The notes: generated from the sequence alone by a model not told the origin. Positions 1 to 9,513 are shown, counted from the stretch's first letter. The stretch is 64,000 bases of DNA from Candidatus Gottesmanbacteria bacterium (GCA_963711735.1 CAVQFA010000003.1:375830-439829), one strand, 5' to 3'. A program made the numbers and translations.

Positions 1-48
1 AGTATTAATTATCGCAAAGACCTGCCCGATACTACCAGGAGGTGGCGT

Positions 49-633
49 ATGATTTTAGAGGACATTATCATATCGCGTGTTCGGGTGAAAATGCTCGTTC
101 TGTTTTTGTCCAATCCGGGACAAATGTTCCATGTGCGGGATATTGTCAGAAAGCTGGATGAAGAGATAAACGCAGTGAGACGTGAACTTGGGCATATGGA
201 GCGCGCCGGGATGGTCGTCAAGGAGCAGCGTGCAAACAGGCTTTTTTATCTTTTCCGCAAAGATTACCCTCTTTTTTATGACCTGATGGAACTTATCGGC
301 AAGACACAGGGATTAGGGTGGGATATCATAAAAAACCGTGTGAAGCTCGGGAAAGTTAAATTTGCCATGTTGTCAGGAAGGTATATACGCGGAAAAGCCA
401 AAAAATCTCCCAATGATGTTGATCTTCTTCTTGTCGGAAGTGTCGTGCTTCCGGAATTGGCCCAGTTGGTAAAAGGAGAAGAAGCAAAACGCGGTACTGA
501 GCTTAACTATACAGTCATGACGGAAGAAGAATTTCTGTTCAGGAAGCGCCGCAGGGATCCGTTTGTTCTCTCTATCCTGGAAGGATCCCGTCTTATGCTC
601 ATCGGTGATGAAGAAGAGCTTGTGGTGAGTTGA
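49..633 (+). CDS. Winged-helix + minimal nucleotidyltransferase-like protein
   Basis: N-terminal HTH-like segment (FHVRDIVRKLDEEINAVRRELGHME), C-terminal NTase-like DVDLLLVG; strong SD AGGAGG upstream. Confidence 0.65.
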   Translation: MILEDIIISRVRVKMLVLFLSNPGQMFHVRDIVRKLDEEINAVRRELGHMERAGMVVKEQRANRLFYLFRKDYPLFYDLMELIGKTQGLGWDIIKNRVKLGKVKFAMLSGRYIRGKAKKSPNDVDLLLVGSVVLPELAQLVKGEEAKRGTELNYTVMTEEEFLFRKRRRDPFVLSILEGSRLMLIGDEEELVVS

Positions 634-681
634 GGGCTTACATTATCTGCATGCGCGTTTCAGATATTTTTACAATATAAA

Positions 682-709
682 TTTCTGCGGGATTCAAACG
701 CCGCAGAAA
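682..709. other. Inverted repeat TTTCTGCGG-N10-CCGCAGAAA just upstream of an extended -10 (TGGTACAAT, 713-721) for secDF
   Basis: 9-bp perfect inverted repeat in the intergenic region; terminator or operator role unresolved. Confidence 0.4.
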
Positions 710-748
710 AATTGGTACAATACTATTCTTGTCCTGCCTGAGATTATT

Positions 749-2131
749 ATGACGAAGCATCCTTTTCGAATTTTTCTCGTTCTTCTTCTCTTAGGAGTAA
801 TTGCTATTGCTATTGATCTTCCGGAAAATTATAAAGTGAATTTTTCACTCTTCGGGAAAAAAATCGACACTGTTATAAACCCTGTATCCGTGAATTATAA
901 GATCTTTAACATGAACATCCGGAAAACATTTCATACCCGTCTGGGATTGGATTTGGCGGGCGGAACCCATGTAGTGCTTGAAGCGGATATGAAAGACATT
1001 CCGTCTCATACAAGACTGGATGCCCTTGCGTCAGCGCAGGGTGTCATAGAACGGAGGGTGAATTTTTTCGGTGTGTCGGAACCTGTTGTGCAGACGGCAG
1101 TTTCAGACGGGAAATACAGGATTATTGTGGAACTTCCCGGTGTTACAAATACACAGGAAGCAATTAGTCTTATCGGACAGACAGCCAAGCTCGAATTCAG
1201 GGAGTTTACCAACTACACTCCGGCTACCGATTCTGCTTTTCTTTTTCCGACACTTCTCAATACAAAACCCGTCGGTATAACCGGGAAAGATCTCAAACGT
1301 GCAGAAATGACTTTCAGCTCCCAAACAGGGGAGCCGGAAGTATCCATAGAATTTACGGGTGAGGGCAGTAAATTGTTTGCCGATATTACAACCAGACTCG
1401 TCGGGAAACAATTGCCGATATTTTTAGACAACCTTCCTCTGACCTGGCCGAAGGTAAATACACCGATAACCGATGGCAGAGGGGTTATTACAGGTGCATT
1501 TACAAGGGAAGCGGCAAAAGAGCTTGCGCTGCAGCTTAACGCCGGTGCTTTGCCCGTTGCGGTGAAAATAGTTGAAAAGCGTACTGTCGGAGCCACGCTC
1601 GGGCAGGAGTCCGTGTCCGCTAGCGTCCGGGCGGGAGCAGTGGGCTTAGGTATCGTCGGACTTTTCATGATCGCTCAGTACGGAGTTTTGGGAATATTAG
1701 CTGATTTAGCCCTTATTCTCTACGGATTTCTGTCATTTGCGGTGTTCCGATGGATTCCGATAACGCTTACACTTCCCGGTATTGCAGGATTTTTCCTTTC
1801 TATAGGTATGGCGGTGGACGCGAATATTCTAATATTCGAGCGTTACAAAGAAGAGCTTCGGAGGGGTAAACCCTGGAATATTGCAATGGAGTTAGGATTC
1901 GGTAAAGCATGGGACAGTATACGGGATGCAAATTTTACCACCATCATAACCTCAATTATTTTATATAATCCCGGAAACTGGCAGTTTCTGCCGAATTCCG
2001 GTTTAGTACGCGGATTTGCAGCGACACTTTTAATCGGAGTCCTTATTAGTCTTTTTACCGGTATTGTTGTTACACGCACGTTTATCCGCGTATTATACAG
2101 ACCCCGCGTCAGTAAGGGAGGTCACGCATGA
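749..2131 (+). CDS. secD: Protein translocase subunit SecD
   Basis: LGLDLAGG, RRVN..GVSEP, IIVELPG, GIAG..LSIGMAVDANILIFER motifs. Confidence 0.97.
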   Translation: MTKHPFRIFLVLLLLGVIAIAIDLPENYKVNFSLFGKKIDTVINPVSVNYKIFNMNIRKTFHTRLGLDLAGGTHVVLEADMKDIPSHTRLDALASAQGVIERRVNFFGVSEPVVQTAVSDGKYRIIVELPGVTNTQEAISLIGQTAKLEFREFTNYTPATDSAFLFPTLLNTKPVGITGKDLKRAEMTFSSQTGEPEVSIEFTGEGSKLFADITTRLVGKQLPIFLDNLPLTWPKVNTPITDGRGVITGAFTREAAKELALQLNAGALPVAVKIVEKRTVGATLGQESVSASVRAGAVGLGIVGLFMIAQYGVLGILADLALILYGFLSFAVFRWIPITLTLPGIAGFFLSIGMAVDANILIFERYKEELRRGKPWNIAMELGFGKAWDSIRDANFTTIITSIILYNPGNWQFLPNSGLVRGFAATLLIGVLISLFTGIVVTRTFIRVLYRPRVSKGGHA

Positions 2132-3006
2132 TACGATTTTCTCGCTATATCTGGTTATACGCACTTATTTCCGGATGTGTTATCGTTCCCGGAATACTGT
2201 CACTTATTTTTTACGGTCTGAAACCGTCCATAGATTTTTCCGGAGGGACTCTTTTTGAAGTGAGGTTCTCTAAATCTGTTTCAATGAAAGACATCGAAAA
2301 TGCAGCAAAAAAAGTAAAACTGGAACTTTCAAGTATTCAGCCGTCAGGAAGTAATGTATTTATCCTTCGGTCAAAAGGGGAGGAAGCAGATAAAATGACG
2401 ACTCTTTTGTCAGATGTATCAAAAGCAGCATCAGCATCTCCTGAAATTGTCCGCGAAGAATCTGTCGGACCGATTATCGGCAAAGAACTTCTTAGTAAAG
2501 CTTTGGTTGCTGCGATTATCGTTATCATAGCGATACTCTGTTATGTTGCGTATGCGTTTAAAAATATCATGTTCGGTGTTGCAGCCGTTGTTTCACTGGT
2601 GCACGATGTGCTTGTGATGCTCGGAATATTTTCTCTATTGGGGAAATTTTTGGGCGTAGAAGTTGATACGCTCTATGTGACTGCGGTTCTCACTACCATG
2701 AGTTTTTCCGTTCATGATACGATCGTCATTTTGGACCGCATCCGTGAGTATCAGAAAAAAGCATCTCACATATCTTTTGAAGATATTTCAGACAGGGCTA
2801 TGACCGAAACGATGGGCAGATCTATCACAAACTCAATGACAATCATTTTTATGCTCGTGGCTCTGATATTTATGGGCGGAGATACTGTCAAATGGTTTTC
2901 CGTTGCTTTGCTTGTGGGTACCGTTTCTGGTACGTATTCATCACCGTTTATAGCTACACCGTCACTCATTCTTATCAACCGTTGGAAAAACAGGAAGAAA
3001 AAATAA
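2128..3006 (+). CDS. secF: Protein translocase subunit SecF
   Basis: IDFSGG, VGPIIGKEL, HD, SVHDTIVILDRIRE, GTYSS; ATGA overlap with secD. Confidence 0.97.
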   Translation: MIRFSRYIWLYALISGCVIVPGILSLIFYGLKPSIDFSGGTLFEVRFSKSVSMKDIENAAKKVKLELSSIQPSGSNVFILRSKGEEADKMTTLLSDVSKAASASPEIVREESVGPIIGKELLSKALVAAIIVIIAILCYVAYAFKNIMFGVAAVVSLVHDVLVMLGIFSLLGKFLGVEVDTLYVTAVLTTMSFSVHDTIVILDRIREYQKKASHISFEDISDRAMTETMGRSITNSMTIIFMLVALIFMGGDTVKWFSVALLVGTVSGTYSSPFIATPSLILINRWKNRKKK

Positions 3007-3008
3007 AT

Positions 3009-4379
3009 TTATTTCGAAATGGGTTTTACCGCTTTTTCCAATTCCCGTAATAAAGCATCCCTTTCATTTGGTATCGTTCCTTTTTCCACCTGTGAGAATA
3101 ATGCGTTAAGCGTTTCTCCTACTTTTGGACCGGGTTTGAGGTGTAGTATTTTCATGACATCGTATCCGTCGATATGTAAATCCGCAACCGTAAAAGGTTG
3201 TTTCTGAACTTCAACAAGACGCTTCTTGAAAAGTTCCATCCGCCACGATGTTTCCAGAGCGCCCCCGCCGAGTCTGTCTCCGGTACGGAGTGCAAGCATG
3301 TCTTCGAGATTTTCTTTACCCACGTGCCGTATAATCCGTCTTATTGCACTGTCAGTTTGCCTTTCGTCTACAGTAAACTGATGCCATCGTACCAGGGTAA
3401 GGATGCGTTCACTATCGTTCTTAGACATGCGGAGTCTTTGCATAATTCCTTTTACGAGTTTAGTACTGATTATTTCATGGTTATAAAATGTGACGAGCCC
3501 TGTTGTGTCCTCGCGGAAAGTCGGTACTTTCCCGATATCATGGAGAAGTGTCGCAAGCCGGACAATGGGGTCTTTTGACGGACAATGTTTGAGAGCCATC
3601 ACAGAGTGTGTCCCGACATCATAGATATGATGCCTCTTCGGACTTTTCTGCTTTACTTCAAATGCGCGGTCCAGTTCAGGCAGAATAACTGAGAGGATTT
3701 GTGTATTTTTTGCAAGAAGGATACCGTCGGAAGGATAGTCGGATGCCATGATTTTAATAAGTTCCGCCTGAATCCGCTCAGGAGATACGTTTGAAAGGAG
3801 CGTTGCATGTTTCCGGATGGCCTGAGCGCTCGTCGGATCAATGAGGAAACCAAGCTCTGATGCTATCCGTATTGCACGCATCATGCGGAGCGCATCTTCC
3901 TGGAAGCGGTCTTCAGGATTCCCTACTGTACGGATTATTTTATCCTGTAAATCTTTCTGACCGCCGTGTGGGTCAAAGATTTCTTTACCGTCCGTAGCGA
4001 TTGCGTTTATCGTAAAATCCCGTCGTGATAAATCTTCCGCAAGGGTTACGCCCCACGTTATCTTATCCGGATGGCGGAAATCCGAGTACTCTTTCTCGCT
4101 CCTGTATGTCGTAATTTCATAAATGTCATCAGGTTTTACGCTTGTATCTTTCCCGGTACTGTATATTTTCACACCTACCGTTCCGAACTGGTTATCATAA
4201 AAACTATCGGGAAAAATTCCAAGCACCTGTTCCGGAGTTGCATTCGTCGTAAAATCCCAACCTTTTGTCCCTTTACCCAGAAGCGTATCGCGCACGGAAC
4301 CGCCGACAGCATAACACTGAAATCCTTTTTTATGCATCGTATCGATAATATGTTGGGCTGTTGTGGGAAGACGGATCAT
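3009..4379 (-). CDS. cca: CCA-adding enzyme / tRNA nucleotidyltransferase with HD domain
   Basis: VGGSVRD, DLSRRDFTINA, RFQEDALRMMRAIR, LLHDIGK; first catalytic DxD appears as GWD. Confidence 0.85.
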   Translation of the reverse strand: MIRLPTTAQHIIDTMHKKGFQCYAVGGSVRDTLLGKGTKGWDFTTNATPEQVLGIFPDSFYDNQFGTVGVKIYSTGKDTSVKPDDIYEITTYRSEKEYSDFRHPDKITWGVTLAEDLSRRDFTINAIATDGKEIFDPHGGQKDLQDKIIRTVGNPEDRFQEDALRMMRAIRIASELGFLIDPTSAQAIRKHATLLSNVSPERIQAELIKIMASDYPSDGILLAKNTQILSVILPELDRAFEVKQKSPKRHHIYDVGTHSVMALKHCPSKDPIVRLATLLHDIGKVPTFREDTTGLVTFYNHEIISTKLVKGIMQRLRMSKNDSERILTLVRWHQFTVDERQTDSAIRRIIRHVGKENLEDMLALRTGDRLGGGALETSWRMELFKKRLVEVQKQPFTVADLHIDGYDVMKILHLKPGPKVGETLNALFSQVEKGTIPNERDALLRELEKAVKPISK

Positions 4380-4467
4380 ACTGGTATTATATACCCATCT
4401 TAGGCGACTACGAAAACCTACTAATCAACATATAACATAAACCTATAATTTACAACTAATAACTCAT

Positions 4468-6141
4468 ATGCATCAAAAAAAATGGAATATTCTCGGTGCG
4501 ACCCCGGATTTTCACCAAACTGATCCAATAGATTCCGTGATTTCTGTTCTTCTTGCCAACCGCGGCATCCATACGGATATAGAAAAAAGAAAATTTCTCA
4601 ATCCACCTCATCCGAATGATATAGACATATCCGGAGTCGGTATTGATAAGGCCGGGATGAAAAGAGCTGTAGCGCGCATTAAAGACGCTATCGAGAAAAA
4701 AGAATCCATCGTTGTTTATGCAGATTATGATGCAGACGGTATTACGTCGGGCGCAGTTCTATGGGAATCAATATACGCATTAAAGGGAAACGTCATGCCG
4801 TACATCCCGCACCGTACGGAAGAGGGGTACGGATTATCCAGGCAGGGGATTGATACCGTTATCAGAGAACATCATCCGACGCTTATTATTACCGTTGACC
4901 ATGGTATTACAGCCCATGAGCAAGTGAAATATGCCAACCGGCTTGGCATTGAAGTCATTGTGACAGATCATCACGTGAAACCGGATAAATTACCGGATTG
5001 CACGCTCGTGCATACCACCAAGCTTTCCGGAGTCGGGGTTACATGGATGTTAGCGCGTGAGCTTTTCCGTTCATTCAGCAAATCCATTCCCGACACCTAC
5101 CTTGCGTTTGTTGCCATAGGAACAATTGCTGACATGGTACCTTTAACGGGGATGAATCGGTCCATTGTTAAATACGGTCTTATACAAATCAATCAAACGG
5201 ACCGTATCGGCATCCGGGCGCTTATTGAGGAGGCAGGACTTGCGGGTAAAACCGTACAAACATACGATGTATCTCATATTCTTGCTCCGCGCCTCAATGC
5301 TATGGGCAGAATAGTTCATGCAATTGATGCACTCCGGCTTCTTTGTACAAAAAACACTGATAAAGCGCACGATCTGGCATTGCTTCTCGGAAGTACAAAT
5401 AGGGAACGGCAGCAGCTGACACTCGATACTACCGTCCATGCCATCGGGAAGGTGAAAGGATTGGATAAGAGAAAACTTATCATGATAGGAGATACATCAT
5501 ACAATCCCGGTATTATCGGTCTGGTTGCGGGTAAACTCGTAGAAGAATACTACAGACCGAGTGTAGTATTGTCAGTGGGAGAAGAGGTTACAAAAGGATC
5601 AGCGCGTTCCATCCCCGGATTTAATATTATTGAAGCTATCAGATCCTGTTCGGATAGTCTCATTGACGCGGGCGGACATCCGATGGCAGCAGGGTTTACG
5701 CTTCAAACGGCAAAAATTGACGAATTTCGAGCGAAACTGGAGGCGATTGCCCAAAAAGGTCTCACCGACGGGATGCTTATACGAACCCTTCATATAGATA
5801 CAGAAATTCCGCTTGTATATGTTACTGAAGATTTATGGAAAAAAATTCAGGAATTTGCACCGTTTGGATTTGGCAACTACGAACCGGTGTTTGCAACGAA
5901 AAGTATATCTGTTGTTGAATCCCATTTGGTAGGAAAAGACGGAAAACACATGAAAATGAAGGTCAAAAATAATGCAGATGAAGGATTAACTTTCGACACA
6001 ATTGCTTTCGGCAAAGGAGATCACGCAGGAAAATTGACAGGTCATCCTGTTGTAGATATTGCATACACTATAGATATAAATGAATGGAATTCACACAGAA
6101 AGGTTCAGTTAATAGTTAAAGATATTATCTATCCGGTATAA
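4468..6141 (+). CDS. recJ: Single-stranded-DNA exonuclease RecJ
   Basis: DYDADG, TVDHG, TDHH, GTIADMVPL, PRLNAMGR, GSARS, GGHPMAAG, PFGFGN. Confidence 0.97.
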   Translation: MHQKKWNILGATPDFHQTDPIDSVISVLLANRGIHTDIEKRKFLNPPHPNDIDISGVGIDKAGMKRAVARIKDAIEKKESIVVYADYDADGITSGAVLWESIYALKGNVMPYIPHRTEEGYGLSRQGIDTVIREHHPTLIITVDHGITAHEQVKYANRLGIEVIVTDHHVKPDKLPDCTLVHTTKLSGVGVTWMLARELFRSFSKSIPDTYLAFVAIGTIADMVPLTGMNRSIVKYGLIQINQTDRIGIRALIEEAGLAGKTVQTYDVSHILAPRLNAMGRIVHAIDALRLLCTKNTDKAHDLALLLGSTNRERQQLTLDTTVHAIGKVKGLDKRKLIMIGDTSYNPGIIGLVAGKLVEEYYRPSVVLSVGEEVTKGSARSIPGFNIIEAIRSCSDSLIDAGGHPMAAGFTLQTAKIDEFRAKLEAIAQKGLTDGMLIRTLHIDTEIPLVYVTEDLWKKIQEFAPFGFGNYEPVFATKSISVVESHLVGKDGKHMKMKVKNNADEGLTFDTIAFGKGDHAGKLTGHPVVDIAYTIDINEWNSHRKVQLIVKDIIYPV

Positions 6142-6458
6142 CCTTCCGCATCAAACCATCCCAAAACTCTGGCTGCCGCAATCTCGAGTGAATATGTCTC
6201 ATCCGGCTCGATTATGGCAAACCCTAATTGTACAGGAAGATCGCCTTCTGTCCTGGACAGGAGGAGCATTGTTGTTCCGTCTGTTTGAGGTTGTATTTCT
6301 TCTACGATAAAACTTGCGTTTCGTATTTCCGGCAGCGATGTAGCCTCTCTGTGTTTAGCAAGCAGTTTTTGCATACACTGTGGATTCATGGGCGGTTCCA
6401 ATTGTGTTGGATCGACGCCAAACGCTTTTTTAAATACTCTTTCGATTTTCGAAGTCAT
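6129..6458 (-). CDS. Hypothetical protein, 109 aa
   Basis: ORF with GGAGG SD 7 nt before ATG and a structured leader upstream; no family recognised. Confidence 0.55.
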   Translation of the reverse strand: MTSKIERVFKKAFGVDPTQLEPPMNPQCMQKLLAKHREATSLPEIRNASFIVEEIQPQTDGTTMLLLSRTEGDLPVQLGFAIIEPDETYSLEIAAARVLGWFDAEGYTG

Positions 6459-6483
6459 AAAAAAACCTCCTGCTTGGAGGTTT
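6459..6483 (-). terminator. Intrinsic-terminator-like hairpin that also sequesters the SD of the 6458 ORF
   Basis: Minus strand AAACCTCC-AAGCA-GGAGG-TTTTTTT-ATG. Confidence 0.6.
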
Positions 6484-6509
6484 ATGGTGATAATCCTGAA
6501 TTTTTCCTT

Positions 6510-6581
6510 TTACACCATAAACCCGTCCTCCTCATGGAGGTGTGTAATGATAATCATGTATATACGCTGTATTCTGTTCAT
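6510..6581 (-). CDS. Putative leader peptide MNRIQRIYMIIITHLHEEDGFMV (23 aa)
   Basis: Hand-translated short ORF downstream of TTGACA (6616-6621) and AT-rich -10-like hexamers; ends on the 5' arm of an alternative hairpin. Confidence 0.4.
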   Translation of the reverse strand: MNRIQRIYMIIITHLHEEDGFMV

Positions 6582-6691
6582 ACGGCCTATTGTATATACC
6601 TGTTTTTCACTCTCTTGTCAATATGAAAAAATCCCACTACAATCATCTGGAATACGGGTGTATCAATTGTGATGTGGTATATTTTCCTTCT

Positions 6692-8527
6692 ATGACACGA
6701 ATACTTTCATCAGAAACAATAAAACAAGTAGGTGGCAAGGTCTTTCTTCAGGGTTGGATAGATAAACGCCGTGATCACGGAAAGATTATGTTTCTGGATC
6801 TGCGTGACCGTTCAGGCATCGTCCAATTGGTGTCAAATAAATCTTTGGGAGATGCGCGTCCGGAAGATTGTGTGGAAATTACGGGAGAAGTGAAAAGCAG
6901 ACCGCCGGCAATGGTAAATCCTAAGCTGCGGACCGGTACCGTAGAAGTGGAAGTGACGAATCTGGTCATCCTGTCCAAATCTGCGGAACTTCCGTTTCCC
7001 TTGGATACCGACGGACGGGATATAAACGAAGAAACGCGGTTGAAGTACAGATACCTGGATCTCAGGAGAAGTCGTCTTGCAGGAAATATCCACTTACGTT
7101 CACGGATGGTTGACTGTGCACGTCAGTATCTTTTCAAGCAGGATTTTACGGAAATAGAGACCCCCATCCTCACCAAATCTACACCGGAAGGGTCACGGGA
7201 TTTTCTCGTTCCTTCGCGTATGCAGCCTGGTAAATTTTACGCACTTCCGCAGTCACCTCAGCAGTATAAACAACTGTTGATGGTTGCAGGGTTTGAGCGG
7301 TATTTCCAGATAGCCAGGTGTATGAGGGATGAAGATCTTCGTGCAGACAGAGGGTTTGAACACACACAAGTGGACATGGAGATGAGTTTCGTAAAAAGGG
7401 AAGATGTTATGGCAATGGTAGAAGGATTGACGATACATGTTATCGAATCCCTCGGAGGAAAGATCCGAAAAAAGCCCTTTCCGGTCATTTCATACAAAGA
7501 GGCAATGGCGAAATACGGTGCTGATAAGTTTGATATGCGGACAGAGGAAGAGAAGAAAAAGGGAATCCATGCTTTCGCATGGGTCGTGGATTTTCCGTTT
7601 TTTGAAAAAGACGCAGACGGCAACTGGACATATACCCATAACCCGTTTTCCGATATCATGCCGGGTGACAAAGCAGCATTCATGAAAGGTCAGATTGAGG
7701 GTATACTGACGACCCAGTATGATCTCATATGGAACGGTTATGAAGCCGGCGGAGGAAGTATAAGAAATACGGATCCCGTGGTAACGGAGAAAGTATTTGA
7801 AGTTCTCGGACACAGTAAGGAAAAGATCCAATCACAGTTTGGACATATGCTCAAAGCTTTCACATACGGTGTTCCTCCGCATGGAGGAATTGCTCTTGGT
7901 GTTGACCGGTGGGTCATGTGTTTTACCGGAGAAACATCCATCAAGGAAGTGCAGGCATTTCCTCAGACTTCAAGCGGTCAGACAAGTATCATGGATGCAC
8001 CAAGCGTTGTTGACGAAAGACAGCTCGATGAACTCGGCATTAGTATCAAACGATCATCAGGAGGTCAGGATGTATACGATACGATTATCAGGGATTTAGA
8101 GGCTAAGCATATTACCTATAAAGCATATACACATGAGCCGGTACATACCTCAGAGGAAGCCGCAAAGGTGAGAAATTCTCCTATATCCTGGGGAGCAAAA
8201 GCCATTGTTATGTACGCAGACGGTAATCCTGTTATGGTTGTTGTTGCGGGGGACACAAAGATTGACGGAAAGGCATTCAAAACCGCTTTCGGAGTAAAAG
8301 ATCTCCGTATGGCAACTCCCGATGAGGTTCTGAAAGTGACATCCGTACCGATCGGAGCGGTTCCTCCGTTCGGGCACATTTTCCATATTCCGCTCTATGC
8401 AGACCGGCATGTGTTGGATTCCGATACCGTCATATTCAATGCAGGTCTTCACGAGAAGTCCATATCACTTTCGGGTAAGGAATATGAGCGCATTACACGA
8501 CCGATAGTCGGAAAGTTTTCCAAATAA
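6692..8527 (+). CDS. aspS: Aspartyl-tRNA synthetase with C-terminal YbaK/ProX-type deacylase domain
   Basis: RRDHG..FLDLRD, RLKYRYLDLR, STPEGSRDFLVPSR, FYALPQSPQQYKQLLM, PPHGGIALGVDR; C-terminal HTSEEAA..GAKAI..GAVPPFG. Start moved to ATG 6692. Confidence 0.95.
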   Translation: MTRILSSETIKQVGGKVFLQGWIDKRRDHGKIMFLDLRDRSGIVQLVSNKSLGDARPEDCVEITGEVKSRPPAMVNPKLRTGTVEVEVTNLVILSKSAELPFPLDTDGRDINEETRLKYRYLDLRRSRLAGNIHLRSRMVDCARQYLFKQDFTEIETPILTKSTPEGSRDFLVPSRMQPGKFYALPQSPQQYKQLLMVAGFERYFQIARCMRDEDLRADRGFEHTQVDMEMSFVKREDVMAMVEGLTIHVIESLGGKIRKKPFPVISYKEAMAKYGADKFDMRTEEEKKKGIHAFAWVVDFPFFEKDADGNWTYTHNPFSDIMPGDKAAFMKGQIEGILTTQYDLIWNGYEAGGGSIRNTDPVVTEKVFEVLGHSKEKIQSQFGHMLKAFTYGVPPHGGIALGVDRWVMCFTGETSIKEVQAFPQTSSGQTSIMDAPSVVDERQLDELGISIKRSSGGQDVYDTIIRDLEAKHITYKAYTHEPVHTSEEAAKVRNSPISWGAKAIVMYADGNPVMVVVAGDTKIDGKAFKTAFGVKDLRMATPDEVLKVTSVPIGAVPPFGHIFHIPLYADRHVLDSDTVIFNAGLHEKSISLSGKEYERITRPIVGKFSK

Positions 8528-8531
8528 ATGT

Positions 8532-9500
8532 ATGTCAAAACGTACCATTACCCTGCCGGAACTTTCCGTAATGTTCGGCAAAAGACTGTTTCAGATTGTT
8601 TCACTTCTTCTTTTGGGTATGCTCATATTACTTTCTCCCGGTCAGAATATTTATACGACCGGACTTGGAACTATATATGAAAAACAGCACACTCTGGATA
8701 TTCCGATTCCGTCCCCGCATCCGTATCCCGTAAATACATCCGGTGTTGTACCGGGTGATGATATTACGGCAAGCGCTGTTGTCATCCGCGATGCCGATTC
8801 AGGCACTTATATGTACAAGAGAAATGAACGTGAGTCTTTATCACCCGCTTCGACAACTAAATTGCTGACCGCACTTGTGATTCTGGACAGGTTTAAACCT
8901 GACGATATCATGACTGTCAATACGGTTGTGAGCGACGGTCAGGTGATGGGTCTTTTTTCCGGTGAACAGATCACAGTCGAAAATTTACTCTACGGCATGC
9001 TTATTCATTCAGGTAATGACGCTGCATACGCGCTTGCGGAAAACTATCCGGGAGGGTATGACGCATTTATCCGTGCGATGAATAAAAAAGCCCGGAGTCT
9101 TTCCATGACAGACAGTGTATTTACAAATCCCATCGGATTTGATGATCCGGCGCACAAAGTGACAGCTATAGACCTGACAAAGCTTGCCATGGCTGCTCTT
9201 TATAATCCGATTATTGTCAAAATGGTTGCAATTCCTGCAATTACCATTTCCGATGTGACCCATACCTATTATCATTCCCTGAAAAATATTAATGAGCTCA
9301 TCGGTAAAATTCCCGGAGTTGCAGGTATGAAAACAGGATGGACCGAAGAAGCAGGAGAAAATCTTATAACCCTCGTTGACAGGAACGGACATAAAGTGAT
9401 TTTTGTAGTCCTGCATAGCGCCGACCGGTTTGGCGATACGACGAAGCTTATTGATTGGGCATTTTCCTCATTTGAATGGAAAGAATACAAACCTAAATAG
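8532..9500 (+). CDS. D-alanyl-D-alanine carboxypeptidase (peptidase S11)
   Basis: PASTTK (SxxK), SGN (SxN), KTG triad; N-terminal TM. Confidence 0.92.
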   Translation: MSKRTITLPELSVMFGKRLFQIVSLLLLGMLILLSPGQNIYTTGLGTIYEKQHTLDIPIPSPHPYPVNTSGVVPGDDITASAVVIRDADSGTYMYKRNERESLSPASTTKLLTALVILDRFKPDDIMTVNTVVSDGQVMGLFSGEQITVENLLYGMLIHSGNDAAYALAENYPGGYDAFIRAMNKKARSLSMTDSVFTNPIGFDDPAHKVTAIDLTKLAMAALYNPIIVKMVAIPAITISDVTHTYYHSLKNINELIGKIPGVAGMKTGWTEEAGENLITLVDRNGHKVIFVVLHSADRFGDTTKLIDWAFSSFEWKEYKPK

Positions 9501-9513
9501 AACGGTAATACGT

